The notes: a model not told the origin generated them from the letters alone. Positions 47,914-59,496 are shown, counted from the stretch's first letter. The stretch is 64,000 nt of DNA from an uncultured Acidobacteriota bacterium (GCA_963700145.1 OY969474.1:2880001-2944000), one strand, 5' to 3'. A program made the numbers and translations.

Positions 47914-49065
47914 TCAAGCGCGCCTAACCAGCGACCCGAAGATCTCTTCGAAGCGCCCCGCGATCTCGCCCCAGTCGTAAGACTCGGCACGGGCCATAGC
48001 CGCGGCTGCTAGCCGGCGACGTTCGGCGTCATCTCCAAGAAGTCGCGCCAGCACGCTGGAGAGGGCCTCTGCGGTGGGCGCGCAACAGATGCCCTCGACC
48101 CCGTCCCGCACCAGCTCAGGCACCGCGCTCTCCGCCGATTCGCAGTACACCACCGGCAACCCCGCCGCCATCGCCTCCAGCGGAAACAAACCGAAACCTT
48201 CCCGAGCGGACGGCTGCACCGCGATCCGCGCCCCTCCCATCGCCCTCCACACCTCCTCACTCCGCTCCACGTGCCCCCTGAACCGCACCCTCCCCTCCAC
48301 CCCCAGCTCCCGCGCCAACCCCTCCAACCGCCCCCGCTCCGGCCCCTCGCCGAAGATCGTCAGCAGCGGCTCCGGGGCCGGCATCGTCTCCGCCAGCCGC
48401 CGCACCGCCTCGAGCAGCAGCGGCAGCCGTTTGTGCGCGATCAGCCGTCCGGCGAAGACCAGCGGCGGCGCCCCCGGCTCGGCGTCCGCCGCCGCCGCCC
48501 GCACCCGCGTCACCTCGATGCCGCAGGGCACCAGCTCCACCCCGCCCCGCCGCCGTGCCGCCGCCAGCCGGTCCGCGGTGAGGCGGCTCGTCGCCGTCGC
48601 CACCGTCCCGAGCTGCGCCGTCGCCCACTCGACCGCGCGGTAGGCCGGCGCCTTCGCCGCGCCGACGTACTCGCGGAAGTAGGCGCCCCAGTATTCGAAC
48701 CAGGTGACGACCAGGGGCTTGCCCGCCCGCCGGCAACGCGCGGCGAGCGGCAGGAGGTGGACGTACGGCATGTTCGGCGTCTCGACCACGTCGTAGGGCC
48801 CGAGGTCGAAGCGCGCCGCGGCGGCGGCGAAGCGAAGCGCCTGGCGCGTGCTCCGCTTCCCCTCGCGGTTGTAGAGGCGGCCGCCGAGGTCGCCGAGCGA
48901 GCGCACGTGCAGGCGCGGCGGCTCGCCCGGGAGGTCACCGCAGAAGCCGGCGAGCGTCACCTCGTGGCCGCGCCGCACCAGCGCCCGCGCCAGCTCGTGG
49001 TTGTGCGTCTCCACCCCGCCGATGAAGTCGGGATAGACAGTCTCGTAGAGGATGAGGACGTGCAG
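47914..49065 (-). CDS. Glycosyltransferase family 4, paralog B (probable CTG start)
   Basis: LHVLILYETVYPDFIGGVE aligns with the paralog A N-terminus; EGFGLFPLEAMAAGLPVV. Confidence 0.85.
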   Translation of the reverse strand: MHVLILYETVYPDFIGGVETHNHELARALVRRGHEVTLAGFCGDLPGEPPRLHVRSLGDLGGRLYNREGKRSTRQALRFAAAAARFDLGPYDVVETPNMPYVHLLPLAARCRRAGKPLVVTWFEYWGAYFREYVGAAKAPAYRAVEWATAQLGTVATATSRLTADRLAAARRRGGVELVPCGIEVTRVRAAAADAEPGAPPLVFAGRLIAHKRLPLLLEAVRRLAETMPAPEPLLTIFGEGPERGRLEGLARELGVEGRVRFRGHVERSEEVWRAMGGARIAVQPSAREGFGLFPLEAMAAGLPVVYCESAESAVPELVRDGVEGICCAPTAEALSSVLARLLGDDAERRRLAAAAMARAESYDWGEIAGRFEEIFGSLVRRA

Positions 49066-49080
49066 GGCCGCGCCCTCGCG

Positions 49081-49992
49081 CTATCGCCAGGGCAGCAGCG
49101 AGGCGAGCTCGGCCGAGCGGCGGTTGATCGACGACAGCAGCACGCCGCAGGTGAACGACAGGGCCGAGAGGATGAAGAGCGCCGCCGAGAGCACCGCCAG
49201 CGGCAGCCGCGGCACCAGCCCGCTGCGCAGGAACTCGGCGATGACGACCGCGCCGCCGGCGAGCGACAGCGCCAGGAAGACCAGCGCCAGGCCGCCGAAG
49301 AAGGCGAGCGGCTTGTAGTCGCGGAAGAAGGTGAGGATGGCGAAGAGGATGCGGGTGCCGTCGCGGTAGGTCTGGAGCTTCGACGGGCTCGTCTTCGGCC
49401 GCGCGCGGTAGCGCACCGGCACTTCGGCCACCGGGAAGCGCTGCACCGCGGCCTGGAGCGACAGCTCGGCCTCGACCTCGAAGCCCTGGGCGATCAGCGG
49501 GCAGGCCTCGAGGAAGCGGCGGCTGAGGACGCGGTAGCCGGAGAAGAGGTCGCGCGTGCGCACGCCGAAGAGGAGCCGCACCAGCCAGATGAAGAGCCGG
49601 TTGCCGAGCGAGTGGCCGGCGCGGAAGGCCCCCTCCTCGGCGCCGGCGAGGCGCGTCCCCACGACCATCTCGGCGCCGTTGCGCGCCGCGGCGAGGAGGC
49701 GCTCGGCGTCCTCGGCCGGGTAGGTGTCGTCGCCGTCGACCATCAGGTAGTAGTCGGCGGGCCGCGCCCGGCGCAGCCCCGAGAGCAGCGCGAACCCCTT
49801 CCCCGAGCGCGGCTCCTGGACGACCGTGGCGCCGGCGGCGCGCGCCGCCGCGGCGGTGCCGTCGCTGGAGGCGTTGTCCACCACCAGCAGCTCCGCCTCC
49901 GGCAGCGCGGCGTGGAAGTCGCGCACCACCTTGGCGACCGTCGCCTCCTCGTCGCGGCAGGGGATGACGACCGCGACGCGCTCAGGTGCCAT
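49081..49992 (-). CDS. GT2 polyprenol-phosphate glycosyltransferase
   Basis: VVIPCRDE, VDNASSDGT, GKG, VDGDDTY, DLFSGYR, GFEVEAE; two C-terminal TMs. Confidence 0.9.
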   Translation of the reverse strand: MAPERVAVVIPCRDEEATVAKVVRDFHAALPEAELLVVDNASSDGTAAAARAAGATVVQEPRSGKGFALLSGLRRARPADYYLMVDGDDTYPAEDAERLLAAARNGAEMVVGTRLAGAEEGAFRAGHSLGNRLFIWLVRLLFGVRTRDLFSGYRVLSRRFLEACPLIAQGFEVEAELSLQAAVQRFPVAEVPVRYRARPKTSPSKLQTYRDGTRILFAILTFFRDYKPLAFFGGLALVFLALSLAGGAVVIAEFLRSGLVPRLPLAVLSAALFILSALSFTCGVLLSSINRRSAELASLLPWR

Positions 49993-50854
49993 AGACGATC
50001 CAGACCACCGCGCCGCCCCAGAGCGCCAGGTTGATGAGGAAGGGGAGATCGCCGAGGATCGCCTCGGTCGGGTTGCGCTGCTGCGGGCTCTGGTAGATCA
50101 GGTAGAGGTAGCGGAAGATCCCGAACAAGACCAGCGGGATGGTGTAGACCAGGTACTTGGTGTGGTACTTCTCGACCGTCTCGGGGGCCACCGCGTAGAG
50201 GGCGTAGGCGACGACCGACGAGGCGGTCACGACGTTGATCATCTGGTCGAGGAAGGCGGGGCTGTAATGGTGGAGCACCCGCCGCTGCTCGGTGGCGCCG
50301 CCGGCGAGGAGGATCAGCTCGTGCCGGCGCTTCGAGAAGGCGAGGAAGAGGGAGAGGAAGATGGTGCAGAGGACCAGCCACGACGACACCTCGACCGCCG
50401 CCGCCGCCGCGCCGCCGAGGACGCGGAGGACGAAGCCCAGGCTGATCGCCATGACGTCGAGGATGACCTGGTGCTTCAGCCAGATCGTGTAGGCGAGGTT
50501 GAGCAACAGGTAGCCGGCGAGGACTGGCACCAGCGGCCCGCCGACGGCGAGCGCCGCGGCGACGGCGCCGAGCCCGAGAATCACCAGTGCCGCCACCGCG
50601 ACAGCAGCAGGCAGAGCGCCGGAGGCGATCGGGCGGAGCTTCTTGAGCGGGTGCCGCCGGTCCTCCTCGCGGTCGCGCAGGTCGTTGAAGAGGTAGACCG
50701 CGCTCGAGGCGCAGCAGAAGGCGAGGAGAGCGAGGAGCGCGCGCGTCACCGCCGCCGCGTCGTCGAGCTTCTGGCCGAAGACGAGCGGCGCCAGGACGAA
50801 CAGGTTCTTGGCCCACTGGGTGGGCCGCAGCGAGCGCACGAGCGGCCGGAGCAT
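49982..50854 (-). CDS. Decaprenyl-phosphate phosphoribosyltransferase-like (UbiA family)
   Basis: LRPTQWAKNLFV, YLFNDLRDREEDRRHPLKKLRPIASG, GFVLRV, FSKRRHE, FGIFRYL. Confidence 0.9.
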   Translation of the reverse strand: MLRPLVRSLRPTQWAKNLFVLAPLVFGQKLDDAAAVTRALLALLAFCCASSAVYLFNDLRDREEDRRHPLKKLRPIASGALPAAVAVAALVILGLGAVAAALAVGGPLVPVLAGYLLLNLAYTIWLKHQVILDVMAISLGFVLRVLGGAAAAAVEVSSWLVLCTIFLSLFLAFSKRRHELILLAGGATEQRRVLHHYSPAFLDQMINVVTASSVVAYALYAVAPETVEKYHTKYLVYTIPLVLFGIFRYLYLIYQSPQQRNPTEAILGDLPFLINLALWGGAVVWIVYGT

Positions 50855-50875
50855 CGGCAGGTATTGTAAGAGGGC

Positions 50876-53119
50876 GTGGAGGGATCGCGAGCGAATGGCG
50901 CGGCGGGGGCGGGCCGCGAGCGGATGGCGCTCGCGGCGGCCGCGGCGCTGGCGCTCGGATTGTGGCTCTGGATCGCCCTGCCCCTGGCGCTCGGCCGGCG
51001 CACCCTCTGCTACCGCGACGTCTTCGCCACCCACCTGCCGCTCAAGGCCTTCGGCGCCGCCGAGCTGCGGCAGGGACGGGTGCCGGCCTTCAACCCGACC
51101 TGGGGGCTCGGGCAGCCGTTCCGCGGCAACCCGAACGCCCTCGCCTTCTACCCCGGCAACGTCCTCTACCTGGCGCTCCCCTTCTGGAGCGCCTTCAACC
51201 TGCACTACGCCCTGCACTGGCTGCTCGCCGGGCTCGGCATGCGGGCGCTGGCGCGCGCCCTCGGCCAGGGGCGCGGCGCCGCGCTCCTGGCGGCGATCAC
51301 CTACGCCGGCTCGGGCTGGGTAATGAGCGGGCTCTCCTTCTACAACCTGCTCGCCGTCTCGGCCTGGTGGCCGTTCGTCCTCTGGGGCGCGGTGCGCGGC
51401 GGCCGGCGCGGCGCGGCGCTCGGCGGCGCCGCCTGCGGCATGGCGCTCTTGGGCGGCGAGCCGGTGGCCGCGGCGCTCGGGACGGTGCCGCTCCTCCTCG
51501 CCGCCGCGATGGGCCGCCAAGGCCCTCTGCAAGCGGGGCGCGGCCTGCGCCGGGGGGTGCCGCTCGCGGCGGCGATCGGCGGGCTGGGGCTCCTCGTCGC
51601 GCTGCCGCAGGTGGTGGCCACGGCGCGCGTCCTCCCCTTCACCCTGCGCGGCGCCTACGGCACACTCCCCGGGAGCGGCGGCTACGCGCTCGCGCCCTGG
51701 CGCCTGGCCGAGCTGCTGGTGCCCTTCCCGCGCGGCGTGCCCTGGGACTTGGGGCCGCTGGGCTTCGGCGGCGAGCCGCCGTACGTCCTGACGCTCTCCT
51801 GCGGCGCGGTGGGGCTCTGGCTGGCGGTCCTCGGCGCGCGGCGCGGGCGGGCCTGGGCGGCGCTCGCCGCGGCCGGCCTCGTCGGCGCCTGGGCGGCAGG
51901 GCTCGGCGGCGACGCCCTCCTGACCCTGTCGCGCGGCCTCGCCCGCTACCCCGAGAAGCTCCTCTTCTGGACGGCGCTGGCGGCGCCGCTCCTCGCCGGC
52001 TGGGGCTGCGAGCGCGCGCTCGCCGAGCGGCGCTGGCGCGGCGCGGCGGCCCTCGCCTGCGTGGCGCTGGCGCTGGCGGGCGGGGCGCTCGCGGTGGGGT
52101 CCGCCTTGGCCGGCCTCTGGGCGGGCCTGCTGGCGCTCGCCGCCGCGGCGCTCGGGCTCGCCGCCTGGGGCGCCGCCCGCGGCGGCGCCGGCAGCCTGGC
52201 GACGGCGCAGCTCCTGGCGCTCCTGCCGCTGGGCGGCCTGGCGGTGACGGCGCCGGTGGCCGACTTCGACCGCCCGGCGCCCTGGGCCGAGCGGCTGGGA
52301 GCGGGCGCCGCGGTCGTCAGCTCGACGACCGCCAGCCCCTTCGGTAACCCCCGCCCGGCCTACCGCCTCGCCGACACCTCCTACGCCGCGCAGCTCCGCC
52401 TCTCGGCGCTCGACCTCGACCCCGCGCCCGGCGTGCTGCACGGCCTGGCCTACCCCATCGCCCCCGACCTCGAAGGGATGCAGTCGCCGCTCGCCGGCCT
52501 CCTGCAGCGGAACCTCCCGGGGATCGACTGGCCGGAGCGCGCCAACTGGCTGCGGGCGCTCGGCGTCGACGCGGCGGTGCTGCACCAGCCGCCGGCGACG
52601 CCGCGCCTGCGTCTGGTCGAGGCGGCCGAGCGCGCCGGCACGGTGAGCTTCCTGGCGCGCGTCGTCGCCCCCGCGCCGGGCGCCTGGTGGCCGCGCGAGG
52701 TGGCGGTCGCCGACATCCCAGCCGAGGCGTTTCGCGCGGTGAGCGTCGCCGCCGATCCGCTGGCCCGCGTCGTCGCCTCGCGGCCGGTCGCGCACCGGCC
52801 CGGCGGCCTTGTGCGCGCTCTGCGCGCCGGCCCCGACCGGTTGGAGGTGGAGGTCGATTCCCCAGGCGGCCTCCTCGTGCTCCGCCGCGCCTTCCAGCCG
52901 CTCTACCGCGCGACGAGCGCCGGCCGGCCGCTCGCCACTCTACCGGTGGACTTGGCGCTTCTCGGCGTCGAGCTGCCGCCGGGACGGCACCGCGTGGTGC
53001 TGGCGGTGCCGGCGGGCCCGGAGGTCGCCGCCGCGGCCGCCGGCACCGCGGCGCTCGCCGTCGCGCTGGCGCTCGGGCTCTGGCCGGCGCGGCCGCGGGC
53101 GCGCGGGAGCGCCGCGTGA
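50876..53119 (+). CDS. YfhO-like membrane glycosyltransferase, paralog A
   Basis: YRDVFATHLP, PAFNPTWGLGQPFRGNP, FYPGN, ARYPEK; C-terminal ELPPGRHRV. Confidence 0.75.
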   Translation: MEGSRANGAAGAGRERMALAAAAALALGLWLWIALPLALGRRTLCYRDVFATHLPLKAFGAAELRQGRVPAFNPTWGLGQPFRGNPNALAFYPGNVLYLALPFWSAFNLHYALHWLLAGLGMRALARALGQGRGAALLAAITYAGSGWVMSGLSFYNLLAVSAWWPFVLWGAVRGGRRGAALGGAACGMALLGGEPVAAALGTVPLLLAAAMGRQGPLQAGRGLRRGVPLAAAIGGLGLLVALPQVVATARVLPFTLRGAYGTLPGSGGYALAPWRLAELLVPFPRGVPWDLGPLGFGGEPPYVLTLSCGAVGLWLAVLGARRGRAWAALAAAGLVGAWAAGLGGDALLTLSRGLARYPEKLLFWTALAAPLLAGWGCERALAERRWRGAAALACVALALAGGALAVGSALAGLWAGLLALAAAALGLAAWGAARGGAGSLATAQLLALLPLGGLAVTAPVADFDRPAPWAERLGAGAAVVSSTTASPFGNPRPAYRLADTSYAAQLRLSALDLDPAPGVLHGLAYPIAPDLEGMQSPLAGLLQRNLPGIDWPERANWLRALGVDAAVLHQPPATPRLRLVEAAERAGTVSFLARVVAPAPGAWWPREVAVADIPAEAFRAVSVAADPLARVVASRPVAHRPGGLVRALRAGPDRLEVEVDSPGGLLVLRRAFQPLYRATSAGRPLATLPVDLALLGVELPPGRHRVVLAVPAGPEVAAAAAGTAALAVALALGLWPARPRARGSAA

Positions 53120-55581
53120 GCCTCCCGGCCCGCCTCGCCCGCGGCGGCGTCCCCTGGGGGCAGGCCGCGGCGCTCTTGCTCCTCCTCGTCTGGGTCTTCC
53201 TGCCGCTGGTGCGCGGCACGGAGACCCTCTTCATGCGCGACGTCTTCAACGCCCACCTGGAGATGAAGTGGGCGCAGGCCGAGGCGATGCGCGAGGGCTA
53301 TCTGCCGCTGCTCGACATCTACCGCGCCGGCGGCCAGCCGCTCCTCGGCAACCTCAACGCCGTGCCGCTCTACCCCGACAACCTGCTCTATCTCGCGGCG
53401 CCCTTCTTCTGGGCCTTCAACGCGCACTTCTGGCTGCACGTGCTGCTGGCGCCCTTCGCCATGGCCTGGCTGGGGCGGGCCTGGGGCCTCTCGCCGCCGG
53501 CCGCCTGGGCCGCCGGGGTTTGCTACGGGCTCTCCGGCTTCTATCTCTCGAACCTCACCTTCTACAACCTGATCGCCGGGGCGACCCTGGCGCCGGCGCT
53601 GGTCGCCGCGGCGCTGCGGCTGGCCGAGGCGGAGGGGCGGCGTGGCTGGCGGGTCGCGGCGGTCGCCGCGCTCTGGGCGCTCCTGCTCCTCGCCGGCGAC
53701 CCGGTCACCGCGCTCCTCGCCGCCGTCCTCGCCTGGGGCGCGGTCGCCGTGCGCTCGGGCCGCCGCCTCGCGCCCTTCGCGCCCCTCGCCTTCGCCTTCG
53801 TCTGCGGCACGCTCCTCGCCGCGCCGCAGCTCGTCGAGTTCCTGCGCATCCTGCCGCTGTCGCAGCGCGGCCAGGGGTACGGGCGGGAGGCGACGACGGT
53901 CGCCAGCTGGGACCCCTGGCAGCTCCCCGAGCAGCTCATCCCCTTCTTCTTCGGCCGCCCCGACCGCATGGGCATCGGCGGTTTCTGGGGGCGGCGCTTC
54001 TACACCAACTGGCAGCCCTACTACTACGCGCTCTACCCGGGGCTCCTGGCGCTGGTCCTCGCCGCGGCTTCGGGGCTGCCGCGGCGGCGGCGCGCTTCCT
54101 GGTGGGCGTGGGGCGCGGCGGGGCTCGGGATCTTCCTCGCCCTCGGGCGCTTCAACCCGCTCGCCGCCTGGCTCTTCAGCCTGCCGCGCGCCGAGGCCTT
54201 CCGCTACCCGGTCAAGTTCTGGCTGCTGGTGGCGGTCGGGGCGGCGGTCCTCTGCGGCCTCGGCTTCGAGCAGGTCTTCGAGCGCGGCCGGCGTGCCGTC
54301 TTCCGCGCCGCCTTCGCGGTGCTCTTCCTGCTGCTCGGCGGCTTCTGGGTCGTCCTCTCCTTCCAGCCGGAGCCGGCGCGGCGGATCAGCGGCTTCCTCA
54401 TCCCGTCGCGCTTCACGAATGCGTTCGAGGTCAACGAGCGAACGCGCTGGGCGGGCTTGTGCCTGATCTCGCTCCTCGTCCTGGCCGCGATCCTCCTCGC
54501 CTGCGGCCTGCTGCGAAAGCGGCCGCTCGCCGCCGGCGCCGCCGCCCTCCTCCTCCACGCCGGCGCGCAGCTCTTCTTCCTGGCGCCGCTCGCGGCGCGT
54601 GACGCCGTCCTCCCCTACACCCTGCGGCCGGCGCTGGCCGCGGAGGTCCCGCCCGGCTCCTACGCCGAGCACGCTTCCTTCCTCGATCTCTTCGGCAACT
54701 GGAAGGACCGCGCCCGCTTCCCCGAGCCGCAGAACCGCTGGGTCGAGCGGCGCGCCTTCCACGACCTCTACCCGCTGGCCGGGCCGCTCTGGGGGGTGCG
54801 CTACCAGCTCAACACCTCGCCCGAGGGGCTGGACGCCTTCATGACCCGCATGGCGCGCGGCACGGTCAAGCAGAGCAAGGACCCGGAGCGGGTGCGGCTG
54901 CTCGCCGCCTGGGGGGTGGACTTCCTGCTCATCACCCGCGAGCTGGCGAAGGAGGCCGAGCCCTACGCCTGGCTGGTGCGGCGCGAGCCGAGCTTCGGGC
55001 AGGAGGTCTTCGTCTACGCGCTGCGCGGGCGGGCGCCGCGGGTGCTCTTCGCCGGCGAGGTGCGGCCGGCGCCGACGATGACCCACGCCTTCAAGATGCT
55101 GGCGGCGCCGGACTTCAACCCCTGGCGCCAGGTCGTGGTGCGCGACGACGTGCCGGCGCGCCGCGGCGCCGGCGGCACGGCGCGGCTGCTGTGGGAGAAG
55201 CGAGAGGCGCTGGAGGTCGAGGTCGAGGCGCGCTCGCCCGGCGTCCTCCTGGTGCAGCGCGCGCACCTGCCGATCTACAAGGCCACCCTCGACGGCCGCC
55301 CCGTGGAGCTGACCGTGGCGAACCTCTACCGCCTCGGCGTCGAAGTCCCCCCGGGCCGCCACCGCGTCCACATCTGGGTCGACCGCCGCCCCCCCCTCTG
55401 GGGCCTCGCCGGCACCGCGCTGGCGCTGCTCAGCCTGACGGCGTTCGGTGCTTGGGACCGCCGGCTACGTAGCCCTGGCCGTACCGCTCTTGGCTCGGCC
55501 GCGGTTGACGCTGCGCTTCGGCCGGAGCTCCAGCGAGAGCTGGCAGCCGAGCACCCGGGCGTAGCGGGCGAGAGTCGATAG
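53116..55581 (+). CDS. YfhO-like membrane glycosyltransferase, paralog B
   Basis: MRDVFNAHL, GGQPLLGNL, LYPDN, FRYPVK, ATLDGRP...VEVPPGRHRV; GTGA overlap with paralog A. Confidence 0.75.
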   Translation: MSLPARLARGGVPWGQAAALLLLLVWVFLPLVRGTETLFMRDVFNAHLEMKWAQAEAMREGYLPLLDIYRAGGQPLLGNLNAVPLYPDNLLYLAAPFFWAFNAHFWLHVLLAPFAMAWLGRAWGLSPPAAWAAGVCYGLSGFYLSNLTFYNLIAGATLAPALVAAALRLAEAEGRRGWRVAAVAALWALLLLAGDPVTALLAAVLAWGAVAVRSGRRLAPFAPLAFAFVCGTLLAAPQLVEFLRILPLSQRGQGYGREATTVASWDPWQLPEQLIPFFFGRPDRMGIGGFWGRRFYTNWQPYYYALYPGLLALVLAAASGLPRRRRASWWAWGAAGLGIFLALGRFNPLAAWLFSLPRAEAFRYPVKFWLLVAVGAAVLCGLGFEQVFERGRRAVFRAAFAVLFLLLGGFWVVLSFQPEPARRISGFLIPSRFTNAFEVNERTRWAGLCLISLLVLAAILLACGLLRKRPLAAGAAALLLHAGAQLFFLAPLAARDAVLPYTLRPALAAEVPPGSYAEHASFLDLFGNWKDRARFPEPQNRWVERRAFHDLYPLAGPLWGVRYQLNTSPEGLDAFMTRMARGTVKQSKDPERVRLLAAWGVDFLLITRELAKEAEPYAWLVRREPSFGQEVFVYALRGRAPRVLFAGEVRPAPTMTHAFKMLAAPDFNPWRQVVVRDDVPARRGAGGTARLLWEKREALEVEVEARSPGVLLVQRAHLPIYKATLDGRPVELTVANLYRLGVEVPPGRHRVHIWVDRRPPLWGLAGTALALLSLTAFGAWDRRLRSPGRTALGSAAVDAALRPELQRELAAEHPGVAGESR

Positions 55582-55794
55582 GCGGATGTCGCCGGCGCGG
55601 GTCTCGATGCGGCTGACGGCGGACTTTTTCGTGGCCAAACGCTCCGCCATTTCGTCCTGGGTCAAGCCGGCACGCTGGCGGGCTTGCCGGAGGAGCACGC
55701 CGATCCGGAGATCCGCATAGCCGGACTCTAGTCCCTCGGCGAACTCCGGGTCTCTCGCGGCGCGCGCTCGCGCGTACTTTTTGACGTCACTCAT
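55465..55794 (-). CDS. XRE-family HTH antitoxin (HigA-like)
   Basis: RDPEFAEG...LRQARQRAGLTQDEMAERLATKKSAVSRIE; ATGA-coupled to the upstream toxin. Confidence 0.85.
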   Translation of the reverse strand: MSDVKKYARARAARDPEFAEGLESGYADLRIGVLLRQARQRAGLTQDEMAERLATKKSAVSRIETRAGDIRLSTLARYARVLGCQLSLELRPKRSVNRGRAKSGTARAT

Positions 55795-56147
55795 CCCTTG
55801 TTCCTCCTGCGATGCAGATGATCCTGCCGGCGTTGTTGCGCGAGCGCGATCTCGCGGCGCGGCGTCGTCTCGCTCTTCTTGGCAAAGCCGCCGGTCAACA
55901 CGAGCAGGCGCGGCCCGTCGAAGAACCCGAGGAGGCGGAAGGCGTCTCCGCCATGCTGCGCTCGCACTTCCCAGATGCCGTCCGTCCCTTCCAGTTTCTT
56001 GAAGAATTGCACGGGCACGACCCCCAGCTCCTCGACCAGCCGCAGCACCCAGACCAACTTCTGCGCCTGCTTGCCCGTCAGCGAATCGAGGAACTCCTCC
56101 ACCGGGCAGCGGCCCGAAGCGGCCCGGTAGAAGCGGACCTCTCGCAC
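55791..56147 (-). CDS. RelE/ParE-family toxin (HigB / phage Gp49-like)
   Basis: FYRAASGRCPVEEFLDSL, KKLEGTDGIWEVR, GFAKKSETTPRREI. Confidence 0.88.
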   Translation of the reverse strand: MREVRFYRAASGRCPVEEFLDSLTGKQAQKLVWVLRLVEELGVVPVQFFKKLEGTDGIWEVRAQHGGDAFRLLGFFDGPRLLVLTGGFAKKSETTPRREIALAQQRRQDHLHRRRNKG

Positions 56148-56184
56148 CTGGAGAGGTTAACACCAATGTGAACCGCGAGGCGCG

Positions 56185-56832
56185 CTACGGGATCAGGAAG
56201 TAGCTCGGCAGCCAGGCGGCCTGGTGGAGGGCTTCGATGAGCTCGATGACGCCGATCAGGGGCACGACGGCGCCGGCGGCGATGAGCTCGTGGCGGAAGG
56301 CGCGGGGGTTGAGCTGCAAGGCGCTCTCGTCGACGAAGGCGGACCAGCGCGGGAAGAAGAGGGGAACCCGCCGCTTGTAGGCGGCGTAGCCGGGGAAGTT
56401 GTCGTCGAGGAACCGCTCCTCGCGGCGGATGACGGAGGGGTAGTAGACGGCGAAGGCGGCGGCGATGAGCAGCGGCGCGGTGAGCGTCTCGGTGCAGAGG
56501 CCGAGGCCGACCGCGCCGACGAGTGAGCAGAAGTAGAGCGGGTGGCGGCAGAGCGAGTACGGGCCGGTCGTGACCAGCGCCCGCTTCTTGCGGCCGGTGA
56601 TGTAGGCGAGGCACCAGAGGCGGCCGAGGAAGCCGAGGGCCACGAGCAGGATCCCGAGGATGAAGAGCGTCTCCTCGACCAGGACGTGGTTCGCGTGGTC
56701 CCAGTAGTTCGAGCCCAGGGTGAGGAGGACCAGCACCGCGACGCCGAAGCCGCGGCTGGCGATCAGCCGCACCCGCGTGCCGCGGCACTGCAGGCCGTTC
56801 AGCGTCTGGGGCGGGCGCACGCGAAGCTCCAT
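56185..56832 (-). CDS. Isoprenylcysteine carboxyl methyltransferase (ICMT/PEMT) family membrane protein
   Basis: LVTTGPYSLCRHPLY, REERFL...YAAYKRRVPLFFP. Confidence 0.85.
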   Translation of the reverse strand: MELRVRPPQTLNGLQCRGTRVRLIASRGFGVAVLVLLTLGSNYWDHANHVLVEETLFILGILLVALGFLGRLWCLAYITGRKKRALVTTGPYSLCRHPLYFCSLVGAVGLGLCTETLTAPLLIAAAFAVYYPSVIRREERFLDDNFPGYAAYKRRVPLFFPRWSAFVDESALQLNPRAFRHELIAAGAVVPLIGVIELIEALHQAAWLPSYFLIP

Positions 56833-57016
56833 CCGTCCCTCCTCGCTCGAATGATTAAATCGTTCGAGATCAATACTTTGCCGCGGCAGTGGCTGCGTAG
56901 CCTTGTAGGGGAATCGGCGCCCGCTGTCAATGGGCCCGGCCCCGAGACGGTCCTCGGCATCGACACGTTGGACGCGCGGCGGTGTGGAATCCTTCGCTAG
57001 GATAGCCGCCTCCCGC

Positions 57017-58548
<1,532 letters not shown>

Positions 58549-58549
<1 letters not shown>

Positions 58550-59052
58550 TGGAGCTCGTCGTGCGCGCCGGCGAGCGGGAGGAGCGGGTGCAAATCGCGC
58601 GCGCCGAAGGGGGCTACCGCGTGACCGTCGGCGAGCAGACCTACGAGGTCGATTCGGTGGTCGTGGCCGGCGAGCTCTACAGCCTGCGCGTCGGCGGCGT
58701 GCAAGAGGAGGTCTGGGTCCACCGCGCCGAGGAGGGCCGCTACCAGGTGAGCTGGCCGGGCGGCGCCGTCGAGGCCGAGGTCGCCGACCCGCTGACGGTC
58801 CTGGCCCGCTCCGCCCACGGCCCCGGCGGCCCCAAAGGCCCGCGCCGCGTCGCCGCCTACATGCCCGGCCGGGTGGTAGCGGTCCTGGCGGCCGAAGGCG
58901 ACGAGGTCGCCGCCGGCCAGGGCATCGTGGTGCTCGAAGCGATGAAGATGGAAAACGAGATCCAAGCCGACCGCGCCGGCACCATCCGAGCCGTCTTCGT
59001 CACCCCGGGGCAGGCGGTGGAGGGCGGGGACCCGCTGTTCGAGATCGGGTAG
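58549..59052 (+). CDS. Biotin carboxyl carrier protein
   Basis: MPGRVV, EAMKMEN biotinylation motif; TGATG coupling. Confidence 0.9.
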
Positions 59053-59064
59053 GTCGCGGCCAAA

Positions 59065-59406
59065 TCAAGCCGCTTTGAGAACGAAGCTCACGCGCACGGC
59101 GTCGAACGGGAAGAGGATCCGCCCTTCCTCCGTCCGCCTGAGGATCCCGGCGTCGAGCAGCGCGTGCACGTCGCCGTGCACCGCCTTGACGTCCCGCTGA
59201 ACGCGGCGTGCCGCCTCGCGCAGCGTCACGGGGCCCGCGCCGGTTAGCGCCGCGAGCAGCTCCCACCGCTTCTGCGTCAGCACCTTGAACAGCAGCGCCG
59301 GCGTCTCGAAGCTGATCACGGCCCCCTGCGGCCGCCCCTCGAACGCCTGCCGCACCCGGAGATCGGTTTCGCTGCGAGGCGAGACTTTCAAGACGACAGT
59401 GCGCAT
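59065..59406 (-). CDS. HVO_A0114-like winged-HTH protein (orphan antitoxin-like)
   Basis: ISFETPALLFKVLTQKRWELL...TLREAARRVQRDVKAVHGDV; GGAGG RBS. Confidence 0.75.
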   Translation of the reverse strand: MRTVVLKVSPRSETDLRVRQAFEGRPQGAVISFETPALLFKVLTQKRWELLAALTGAGPVTLREAARRVQRDVKAVHGDVHALLDAGILRRTEEGRILFPFDAVRVSFVLKAA

Positions 59407-59496
59407 GTCAGGACCTCCGTTGCTCTTGCTGACACGGCGCAATGCTAGTGCGACTGCTAGCATGGAAAGCAAGTGTCATAGCTGACGAGCTGACCG

